NCBI GenBank assembly: GCA_964388175.1
Contig: CAYLYS010000002.1
Location: 33,424 to 92,500, forward strand
Direction of reading: 5' to 3'
Length of the DNA: 59,077 bases
Source: an uncultured Chromatiales bacterium
Lineage (GTDB): Bacteria > Pseudomonadota > Gammaproteobacteria > SZUA-140
Positions 39,310-46,356 of this stretch are shown here, one piece after another. Each line of letters opens with the position of its first letter. Position 1 is the stretch's first letter. The translations under genes were made by a program, and so were the position numbers. The notes beneath the pieces are model-generated. The model saw only the letters and a program-made list of their open reading frames with translations. It was not told the origin of the DNA and did no database searches.

Positions 39310-39552
39310 GGTTATATCATAAGGTTGTATTTTATTGTATCTCGGCAAGCATGACCGCTGAGGAACTACCCCATGTTCGGTGGCCGGGAGGATCAGGGAT
39401 AGAACAGACGGCCCGGAATCGAAACAGGCTACCGTCTGATTTTCCTGCACGGCGGGAAAGGCGAATCGGCAGATCCGCCCTCCGGTGCTATCATCGGAAA
39501 ATTCCCCCGGCCGGCCGGTATTCCAACGATAAACAACGGGTTGATTCCACCA

Positions 39553-40323
39553 ATGAAGATCGCGAGCTGGAACGTCAATTCACTGCGCGTGCGCCTGCCC
39601 CAGGTGCTCGCCTGGCTGGAGCTGCACAAACCCGATGTCGTCGGGCTGCAGGAAACCAAGCTGCAGGACGAGCAGTTTCCGGTGGAAGAGCTACGCGCCG
39701 CCGGCTATCACGCGGCGTTTTCCGGGCAGAAGACCTACAACGGCGTGGCGCTGCTCAGCCGCATGCCCGCCGCCGACGTCGTGCGCGACATCCCCGGCCT
39801 CGACGACCCGCAGCGGCGCATCATCGGCGCCAGCTTCGACGACGTGCGCGTGATCGATCTCTACGTGCCCAACGGCCAGTCCGTCGATTCCGATAAATAC
39901 GCCTACAAGCTGCACTGGCTGGAACGCGTCACCGCCTGGCTGGCGCAGCAGCGCCGGAGCCACGAGCGCCTAGTGGTGCTCGGCGACTTCAACATCGCGC
40001 CCGAACCCATCGACGTGCATGAGCCCGCCGCCTGGGAAGGCAAGGTGCTGTTCAGCCTGCCCGAGCGCACCGCCTTCGCCCAACTGCTCGACGACGCCGG
40101 CCTGTGCGATACTTTTCGCCTGAAGCGGCCCGAAGAAACCGCATACAGCTGGTGGGACTACCGCATGGGCGCCTTCCGCCGCAATCTGGGACTGCGCATC
40201 GATCACATCCTCGCCAGCACGGCACTGTGCGAGCGCTGCCGCGACAGCACCATCGACACCGAACCGCGGCGCGCGCCGCAGCCCTCCGACCACGCGCCCG
40301 CGGTCGCCGAATTCGATCTCTGA
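39553..40323 (+). CDS. xthA: Exodeoxyribonuclease III
   Basis: Start at MKIASWNVNSLRVRL. Also LQETK, GDFNIAP and SDHAPV (the EEP nuclease catalytic set). Confidence 0.92.
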   Translation: MKIASWNVNSLRVRLPQVLAWLELHKPDVVGLQETKLQDEQFPVEELRAAGYHAAFSGQKTYNGVALLSRMPAADVVRDIPGLDDPQRRIIGASFDDVRVIDLYVPNGQSVDSDKYAYKLHWLERVTAWLAQQRRSHERLVVLGDFNIAPEPIDVHEPAAWEGKVLFSLPERTAFAQLLDDAGLCDTFRLKRPEETAYSWWDYRMGAFRRNLGLRIDHILASTALCERCRDSTIDTEPRRAPQPSDHAPAVAEFDL

Positions 40324-40430
40324 AGCCGCGCGATGAACGAAGCACGAGACCAGGCCATGCACTCCGACTCCCGCTCCGGACCTCACTCTGGTCCCAGCTC
40401 TGATCCCAACTCTAATTACAGAACCCACCG

Positions 40431-41906
40431 ATGAAATACACCGATCTGCGCGACTTCATCGCCATGCTGGAAAAATCCGGTGAACTGGTACGCGTCGGCA
40501 CCGAGGTGGATCCGCGCCTGGAAATGACCGAGATCTGCGACCGCACGCTGCGCCGCGGCGGCCCGGCGATTCTGTTCGAAAATCCGAAGGGACACGACAT
40601 CCCGGTGCTCGCCAACCTCTTCGGCACGCCGCACCGCGTCGCACTCGGCATGGGCGCCGACTCGGTCGACGCGCTGCGCGAGATCGGCAAGCTGCTTGCC
40701 TACCTGAAGGAACCGGAACCGCCCGCCGGCCTGCGCGACGCCTGGGACAAATGGCCGGTGCTGAAACAGGTACTCAATATGAACCCGAAAACGGTCGGCA
40801 GCGCGCCCTGTCAGCGCAACGTGATCGAAGGCGACGACGTCGACCTCTCGCGCCTGCCGATCCAGACCTGCTGGCCCGGCGACGCCGGCCCGCTCATCAC
40901 CTGGGCACTGGTGGTGACGCGCGGACCGCACAAGCCGCGGCAGAACCTCGGCATCTACCGCCAGCAGGTGATCGGCCGCAACCGCGTCATCATGCGCTGG
41001 CTCGCGCACCGCGGCGGCGCGCTCGACTTCAGGGACTGGCAACAGAAACATCCGGGCGAACCCTTCCCCGTCGCCGTCGCCCTCGGCGCCGACCCGGCGA
41101 CCATCCTCGGCGCGGTGACGCCGGTACCGGACACGCTGTCGGAATACGCCTTCGCCGGCCTGCTGCGCGGCGGCAAGACCGAAGTGGTCAAATGCATCGG
41201 CAGCGACCTCACCGTACCGGCGAGCGCGGAGATCGTGCTCGAAGGCCACATCGCGCCCGGCGACATGGCCGACGAAGGCCCCTTCGGCGACCACACCGGC
41301 TACTACAACGAAGTGGAACGCTTCCCCGTCTTCACCATCGACCGCATCACCCACCGCGACAGCCCGATCTATCACAGCACCTACACCGGCCGCCCGCCGG
41401 ACGAACCCGCCGTGCTCGGCGTCGCGCTCAACGAAGTCTTCGTGCCCATCCTGCAAAAGCAGTTCCCGGAGATCATCGACTTCTACCTGCCGCCCGAAGG
41501 CTGCTCCTATCGGATGGCCTGCGTCAGCATGCGCAAGCAATACCCCGGCCACGCCAAGCGCGTGATGCTCGGCATCTGGTCCTTCCTGCGCCAGTTCATG
41601 TACACCAAATTCGTCATCGTCGTCGACGACGACATCGACGTACGCGACTGGAAGAGCGTGGTCTGGGCCATGACCACCCGCATGGACCCGCACCGCGACA
41701 TGGTCTTCATCGACAACACGCCGATCGATTATCTCGATTTTGCCTCGCCGGTATCGGGGTTGGGATCGAAGGTCGGGTTTGATGCGACCAATAAGTGGAA
41801 GGGAGAGACGAACCGCGAGTGGGGGCTACCGATTGAGATGGATGCGGGGGTTAGAGGGAAGGTGGATGAGATTTGGGAGGGGCTGGGGATATTTGGAAAG
41901 GAATAA
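40431..41906 (+). CDS. ubiD: 4-hydroxy-3-polyprenylbenzoate decarboxylase
   Basis: 491 aa: [22 protein letters not shown]..., [10 protein letters not shown], full-length UbiD. Confidence 0.93.
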   Translation: MKYTDLRDFIAMLEKSGELVRVGTEVDPRLEMTEICDRTLRRGGPAILFENPKGHDIPVLANLFGTPHRVALGMGADSVDALREIGKLLAYLKEPEPPAGLRDAWDKWPVLKQVLNMNPKTVGSAPCQRNVIEGDDVDLSRLPIQTCWPGDAGPLITWALVVTRGPHKPRQNLGIYRQQVIGRNRVIMRWLAHRGGALDFRDWQQKHPGEPFPVAVALGADPATILGAVTPVPDTLSEYAFAGLLRGGKTEVVKCIGSDLTVPASAEIVLEGHIAPGDMADEGPFGDHTGYYNEVERFPVFTIDRITHRDSPIYHSTYTGRPPDEPAVLGVALNEVFVPILQKQFPEIIDFYLPPEGCSYRMACVSMRKQYPGHAKRVMLGIWSFLRQFMYTKFVIVVDDDIDVRDWKSVVWAMTTRMDPHRDMVFIDNTPIDYLDFASPVSGLGSKVGFDATNKWKGETNREWGLPIEMDAGVRGKVDEIWEGLGIFGKE

Positions 41907-42268
41907 ACGCCGGACTGATAATCCCAATAAGTCGCCGCTCTCAAAAAACGTCACCTTCAACAGCAGATTGCCAAAAACTCAGATGTCGCTATTGGTTTTA
42001 TACGTCATTTTTGACATCTAATTATAGTTGGGCCGCTCGGATCAACCTCTATGGCTGTGTGGGTTTCCGCTGCTGCTACCGCGTTGCGCAAGCTCCGTGC
42101 TCCAGAGTTCAGCGCCGCACCTTCATTCCCGATCGTTCATAGCGCAAGCCACTGGCTGACGGAGGTGTGCGCCGCAACGGGCTTCCCGAGAGTTCTCGGG
42201 GCAAGCTTGCCGTCGCAAGGTTTTGGCGTACAGTTTCGTCAGGCAGGCCGTTGGCATCGTCGCCGGCG

Positions 42269-42328
42269 GCCCAACAATTCGTTCAAGCCGACGCCGCTTC
42301 GCGGCGCGGCTTAACTCAAGCGTTAGGG
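42269..42328 (+). repeat. attC-like site 1 (60 bp)
   Basis: GCCCAAC-aattcgttcaagccgacgccgcttcgcggcgcggcttaactcaagc-GTTAGGG. The arms TTCAAGCCG / CGGCTTAAC and GCCGC-ttc-GCGGC pair. It is homologous to site 2. Confidence 0.6.
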
Positions 42329-42336
42329 TTGATCGA

Positions 42337-42444
42337 ATGGAATTTATAATTGGCCTTTTAAAGGTTCTAATAGGTGGCTTCATTCTGTTCACATTGGCGA
42401 GAATTACCTATGAAAGTATTGGCAAAAAATCAAAGTGGGGTTAG
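42337..42444 (+). CDS. 35-aa hydrophobic peptide (single TM) in cassette 1
   Basis: ATG lies 8 nt after attC1: MEFIIGLLKVLIGGFILFTLARITYESIGKKSKWG. The cassette is AT-rich. There is no homology call. Confidence 0.35.
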   Translation: MEFIIGLLKVLIGGFILFTLARITYESIGKKSKWG

Positions 42445-42453
42445 GTAGTTTTT

Positions 42454-42675
42454 GTGGGTGGTTTAGCTTTAACGAATATGCTGATTTATCGCTTATTTGG
42501 TAGCTCAATAAACCCTCCATTTTTTACTGCTGTTTGGTTTGCTATTACTCTTTTAGGTCTCGCTCCTAAAGAATCTCCCACGGTATCTCTTTGGTATAAA
42601 AGAGGCTTCTATGCAATCGTATTGGGTACTATTGTTGGCTGGGCATCCTATGCTGAAGTTATCACACTACCCTAA
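42454..42675 (+). CDS. 73-aa small membrane protein (2-3 TM) in cassette 1
   Basis: Track ORF with a GTG start (alternative ATG at 42478). The sequence is hydrophobic (FFTAVWFAITLLGLAP, AIVLGTIVGWASY). Its TAA stop lies inside the attC2 left box. Confidence 0.45.
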   Translation: MGGLALTNMLIYRLFGSSINPPFFTAVWFAITLLGLAPKESPTVSLWYKRGFYAIVLGTIVGWASYAEVITLP

Positions 42676-42729
42676 CCCATCATTCAAGCGGAACTGGCTA
42701 AAGCCAGCCCCTTAATTCAAACGTTAAGC
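42670..42729 (+). repeat. attC-like site 2 (60 bp)
   Basis: CCCTAAC-ccatcattcaagcggaaCTGGCtaaaGCCAGccccttaattcaaac-GTTAAGC. It has a perfect central hairpin, and its arms resemble those of site 1. Confidence 0.7.
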
Positions 42730-42743
42730 GTCGCCCCATCGTC

Positions 42744-43250
42744 ATGCCAGCATTACCCATAACAACATTCGCTTCACTCGCCCGGGAGTACTGCGCATGG
42801 GCCACTGGCGCTGATGGCTCGTCCATGACAGAGCGTGGCGCCCTGCAGAACATCTGTAGGCTCTATGTGGCAGCGCTGGAGTTGCCGCCTCCGTGGAACG
42901 AAGCCCTTCCCGTCGAGGTGCCGGATATCGAACTATCCCAGTCCGAGATAGATGCAGTCCAGGCGCGGGCGTCTGAACTGCAGCGGCAAATCTACTGGGA
43001 AACCTTCGATCCATATCAAGATCCGCCAGAGCAACCGGTCATTGGACATCTGACCGACGACCTTGGGGATATATATCGGGACATCGCAAGAGGGATTCTA
43101 CTTTTCGACAGCGGTCGAGTTGATGAAGCACTTTGGGAGTGGGCCTTCAACTTCCGAATACACTGGGGAGAACACGCAACTGGCGCGATACGTGCTCTTC
43201 ATGCTTACCTCGCGCAGGAAGACCCTGATGGCCTATCACGCGACTCCTAA
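42744..43250 (+). CDS. Cassette-borne hypothetical protein, 168 aa (possibly DUF5063-like)
   Basis: Track ORF. ATG lies 14 nt after attC2, and the TAA stop lies inside the attC3 left box. The protein is acidic and helical, with ...WEWAFNFRIHWGEHATGAIRALHAYL. The family guess is from memory, at low confidence. Confidence 0.6.
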   Translation: MPALPITTFASLAREYCAWATGADGSSMTERGALQNICRLYVAALELPPPWNEALPVEVPDIELSQSEIDAVQARASELQRQIYWETFDPYQDPPEQPVIGHLTDDLGDIYRDIARGILLFDSGRVDEALWEWAFNFRIHWGEHATGAIRALHAYLAQEDPDGLSRDS

Positions 43251-43355
43251 CAAGCGGTTCGGGTCGGACGCTTTCCTGCGGGCGCTCATGAACCGCGTAA
43301 TATTCTCGGTCCACGAACGCCCGCAGGAAAGCGCCACTCAACCGCGGCGTTAAGC
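43245..43355 (+). repeat. attC-like site 3 (111 bp)
   Basis: TCCTAAC ... GTTAAGC, with a 16-bp perfect inverted repeat CGCTTTCCTGCGGGCG (43269-43284) / CGCCCGCAGGAAAGCG (43318-43333) and outer arms AAGCGGTT / AACCGCGGC. Confidence 0.7.
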
Positions 43356-43364
43356 CGCACAGAG

Positions 43365-43906
43365 ATGCCCCAGTTCGTAGCCCTGCTCCGCGGAGTGAAT
43401 GTAGGCAAGGGAAACCGAGTGCCTATGGCCGAGTTCAGGCTCATGCTCGAGCAGATCGGCTACACCGAGGTCAAAACGCTGCTCAATAGTGGTAATGCCG
43501 TCTTTACCAGCTCCGGGCGCTCAGGAAAGAAGCACGCTCAGGTCATCGCGGCTTCACTACACAGCAGGGGTTCGGTGTGTCTACGTCTGTCATCGTAAAA
43601 TCGGCCGCGGAACTGGCCGCGATCATCAAAGACAACCCGATGGTTCCATCCGAATCAGAGCACTCGCGGTTGCTTGTGGCATTCGGGCAAGAAAAATCCG
43701 CACTGCGGTCGCTGGAGCTGCTGCTACCGCTGGCCAAAGACCCAGAGCGTCTGGTCATCACCAGCAAGGCAGCCTACCTGCGCTGTCCGGCAGGGTTGTT
43801 GGAGAGCAAGGTTGGAGAGGCGATGCTTGGCAAGGCGGGCAGAGGAGTCACCACGCGCAACTGGGCTACAGTACTCAAATTGGGCGTGCTGCTGAGTGCG
43901 GCCTAA
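43365..43906 (+). pseudogene. DUF1697 family gene split by a -1 frameshift at a G4 run (43567-43570)
   Basis: Track ORFs 43365..43598 (MPQFVALLRGVNVGKGNRVPMAEFR...NSGNAVFTS) and 43577..43906 (...VIVKSAAELAAIIKDNP...TTRNWATVLKL) together make one DUF1697 protein. A fifth G would restore ...HSRGFGVSTSVIV. Confidence 0.8.
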
Positions 43907-44006
43907 CAATCATTCAACGCACAACCTTCTTGCGAATTCTCTGGCACAAACCCCTGTCCATGCACATCTGGCTCGCGTAATATTCTGGGAATTTAACCAG
44001 TTATCA
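43901..44006 (+). repeat. attC-like site 4 (left arm clear, right boundary tentative)
   Basis: The left arm GCCTAACAATCATTCAACGC is nearly identical to the left arm of site 2. The right end GAATTTAACCA-GTTATCA resembles the site 2 right arm but pairs poorly. The interior shares CGCGTAATATTCT with site 3. Confidence 0.45.
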
Positions 44007-44017
44007 GGAGAAGTTTC

Positions 44018-44119
44018 ATGAGCAAAGGCATGGATCGAAAGAAGGAAGTCAAAAAGAAACCCGCCAAGACCCTGGAGGAAAAGCGCACTGTGAAAAAGGA
44101 GAAGAAGGCGAAGCGGTAA
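44018..44119 (+). CDS. 33-aa lysine-rich basic peptide (below the track length cut-off)
   Basis: AGGAG sits 7 nt upstream of the ATG: MSKGMDRKKEVKKKPAKTLEEKRTVKKEKKAKR, stop TAA 44117-44119. It resembles small basic proteins I recall from other proteobacterial genomes. The function is unknown. Confidence 0.5.
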   Translation: MSKGMDRKKEVKKKPAKTLEEKRTVKKEKKAKR

Positions 44120-44274
44120 TCCCAAGAACGGGGCGGATTCACTTCCCCTGATCGGGCAGTATCCGATGAGCTGCGGATTTCGAACCATTCGCCATTGAGC
44201 CTTGTAGGGGTTGGAAACGCGGGCTCCCGGCATAACAAACATCCAAACCAACGCCAGAGGCCAATAGAAGCACC

Positions 44275-45153
44275 GTGGACATCTTCCTGAGCAGACCAAC
44301 CTGGATACACGACAGCTATAAAACCGGGCTGCGGACTCTCGATACACAACTCAAGAACCTGGACATCATCCCTCGCACGCTGGGGATCAGTGATTACCCG
44401 AGCAAGGCGCCGCTCGACGAGGTGATCGAGCTGATGGGGAAATGCCAGGGCGCGATCATTCTCGGCATCCCCCAGATCAGCGTTACCGCCGGCCTGTTCA
44501 AAGCGGACGCCATCGACAATCCTTTCGATCTGGCCACGGAATGGAATCATCTCGAAGCAGCGCTCGCCTACTCTCTCGGACTGCCCATCGTCATCATCAA
44601 GCATGAGAGCGTTTCGAGAGGCATCTTCGATCGCGGCGTACTGAACGCTTTCGTCCACTCCATAGACATGAAACAGCCGGCCTGGTCGATGGAAGAAGCG
44701 ATCAACGGATCGTTGATTCAGTGGAAGCAGAACTGCCTCTCGGGGAAGGGTAATCTCTCGGTCGACAAGCAAGGCGGCCAAGCGAACACGCTCACCGCCA
44801 TTCTCGAAGCGCTCAGCAACACGCTGAACAGCCAGGCGCCGAAACATGAGTCGAACGTGGACGCGGCTTCGGTCGCCTTTCGCGAAGCGATGACGGAGAC
44901 GCAGATATACTTGTCATCGGCAACCCGATCCGGGAAGCGTGATTACCCGCAGGAAGCTGCTCTCGCAAGACTGTGGTCGAAAACCTCGACCGCCGCCCGG
45001 AAACACGCGACGGGACTCTCGGACCAGTGCCTGGAATTTTCACGCTACTGGGCAAACCCCGGAGAGGATCCGCTTGCCCAGGCAAGTCAGACGCTGGCGC
45101 TGATCGAGCGCATCTTCGCCAAAGCCCGCGAGGACGAAGTACTGAGCGAATAA
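44275..45153 (+). CDS. 292-aa protein with an N-terminal TIR-like/DUF4062-like (nucleoside 2-deoxyribosyltransferase-fold) domain and a helical C-terminal domain
   Basis: Track ORF with a GTG start. The pattern is DIFLSRP (beta1), ...CQGAIILGIP..., ...ATEWNHLEAALAYSLGLPIVII. This fits the strand/helix order and conserved Glu of TIR-like STIR/DUF4062/NDT domains. The C-terminal 130 aa match no family I recognise. The fold assignment is an inference. Confidence 0.6.
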   Translation: MDIFLSRPTWIHDSYKTGLRTLDTQLKNLDIIPRTLGISDYPSKAPLDEVIELMGKCQGAIILGIPQISVTAGLFKADAIDNPFDLATEWNHLEAALAYSLGLPIVIIKHESVSRGIFDRGVLNAFVHSIDMKQPAWSMEEAINGSLIQWKQNCLSGKGNLSVDKQGGQANTLTAILEALSNTLNSQAPKHESNVDAASVAFREAMTETQIYLSSATRSGKRDYPQEAALARLWSKTSTAARKHATGLSDQCLEFSRYWANPGEDPLAQASQTLALIERIFAKAREDEVLSE

Positions 45154-45175
45154 TATTGCCCTAGCCGATATCAGC

Positions 45176-45784
45176 ATGCGCTTTCAGGGAAGAATCACAG
45201 AGTGGCGTGATGAACAGGGTTACGGCTTCATCACGCCAAACGGCGGCGGAGAGCGCGTTTTCCTGCACATCAAGGCGTTCAAGTCACGGGCGCGACGGCC
45301 CACGGGTGGCGAGCTGGTCAACTTCGTCATGGGGCGTGACGACAAAGGCCGGCCGTGTGCTCAGCAGGTCGAGTATGCTTCCGTCCACAAACGGCCAGCG
45401 TCCGGCACGAAGAAAATTCCGCTCTCGCTTCCCTTCGCGGGCGGCTTCCTGAGCATCGTCGGGGCGCTCGTCCTCGCCGGTCAGGCGCCGATCGCCGTGC
45501 TGCTGGTATATCTTGGCCTGAGCGCGCTCACCTTCGGGGTATATGCAGCGGACAAGCACGCGGCGCAGAAAGGACAATGGCGCACGCCGGAAAGCACGCT
45601 GCAATTGCTCGCCCTGCTCGGCGGCTGGCCCGGTGCTCTGCTCGCCCAGCGGCTCCTGCGGCACAAATCACGGAAATCGTCTTTTCAGCTGGTGTTCCGG
45701 GTGGCGGTCGCCGTCAACGTCATCGCCTTCGCGTGGATCGCCTCCGGCGGCGATCCGCGGATGCTTGTGGAACTCATCGGGTGA
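45176..45784 (+). CDS. Cold-shock domain fused to a DUF1294 membrane domain
   Basis: 202 aa. GRITEWRDEQGYGFITPNGGGERVFLHIKAF forms a CSD with an RNP1-like GYGFI. ADKHAAQKGQWRTPESTLQLLALLGGWPGALLAQRLLRHKSRK is the DUF1294 signature. It starts 22 nt after the previous gene. Confidence 0.8.
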   Translation: MRFQGRITEWRDEQGYGFITPNGGGERVFLHIKAFKSRARRPTGGELVNFVMGRDDKGRPCAQQVEYASVHKRPASGTKKIPLSLPFAGGFLSIVGALVLAGQAPIAVLLVYLGLSALTFGVYAADKHAAQKGQWRTPESTLQLLALLGGWPGALLAQRLLRHKSRKSSFQLVFRVAVAVNVIAFAWIASGGDPRMLVELIG

Positions 45785-46029
45785 TGCTGAAGACTACCGG
45801 CGGGAGCGGCAAAGACGCCGCGCGCAAAGACAGAACCCGGTTTATGCCGGCATAGCCCTCTGCGCCCGCGCAGATTGTCCTTCGACCACAGACCTGCCCC
45901 GCTCCCGCCTGATATTCCTCCCGCCCGCCCGATGCGGGTCTCCGCATGGGTCACCTCCCCATGACAGAACCGGATTCATGCCAATTTCGCCGTAAAGCAG
46001 CGCGCGATAGATATGGCGGTCATACCCGA

Positions 46030-46059
46030 TTGACATCCACGTCTCTCAGTAAATATATT
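46030..46059 (+). promoter_or_regulatory. Candidate sigma70 promoter TTGACA-18-TATATT upstream of brnTA, next to the inverted repeat ATTGTA-TG-TACAAT (46057-46070)
   Basis: The hexamers were read directly. Caveat: the -10 element overlaps the only candidate start (TTG 46058) of the conserved BrnT frame, so either the promoter call or that start is wrong. Confidence 0.3.
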
Positions 46060-46352
46060 GTATGTACAATATCATATCGGATTCGAATGGGATCCCTCCA
46101 AGGATCGCGCCAACCGCAGCAAGCATGGCATCTCCTTTTGAAGAAGCCCGGTCCGCGTTCCTTGATGAGCATGCGATCCAGTTCTACGATGAGGATCATT
46201 CCGGGCCGGAAGATCGCTTCATCCTGCTTGGCATGAGCATCCGCTCAAGGATCCTGGTCGTATGTCATTGCGAGCGCGCTTCAGGGAAGATCATCCGGAT
46301 CATTTCCGCTCGCAAGGCAACGCCCTCCGAGCGAGCGTTCTACGACAGGTGA
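46058..46352 (+). pseudogene. brnT: BrnT-family (DUF497) toxin gene with a frame disruption at a T4 run (46136-46139)
   Basis: The conserved N-terminus FEWDPSKDRANRSKHGISF is in one frame (46082-46138, then TGA). The rest, EEARSAFLDEHAIQFYDEDHSGPEDRFILLGM...IIRIISARKATPSERAFY, is in the frame of track ORF 46062..46352. Removing one T joins them. Confidence 0.75.
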
Positions 46353-46356
46353 GGCC

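Larger units (their letters stand above)
42027..44006 (+). mobile_element. Integron-type gene cassette array (four attC-like sites, no integrase in the window; CALIN-like)
   Basis: Four sites have RYYYAAC ... GTTRRRY ends and internal imperfect palindromes. Three ORF stop codons sit inside the left box (CC-TAA-C), and the next start codon follows each right box by 8-14 nt. G+C falls in this stretch. The left limit is set at a lone GTTGGGC at 42027. Confidence 0.65.

Noticed and set aside
42051-42392. Track ORFs 42051..42314 (+) and 42123..42392 (-) in the first cassette-like segment
   Set aside because: They are low-complexity with no motifs, and both run through attC site 1. I treat the segment as non-coding.
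44173-44200. tRNA-like GGATTTCGAACC (T-loop-like on the minus strand) with a GGCTCAATGG D-loop-like motif
   Set aside because: The loop is one nt too long. No 5-bp T-stem, anticodon arm or acceptor stem can be drawn, and the spacing between the motifs is far too short for a tRNA.
44121-44216. Possible fifth attC site (…CAAGAAC … GTTGGAA) after the 33-aa ORF
   Set aside because: The end boxes are not complementary and the flanking arms do not pair. It has only a short ATCGG/CCGAT hairpin and a direct GCGGATT repeat.
43993-44847. 284-aa minus-strand ORF opposite the TIR-like gene
   Set aside because: It runs through the well-supported 33-aa ORF and attC site 4, is Arg-rich and ends in low-complexity sequence. 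The + strand ORF has balanced composition and a fold-like pattern.
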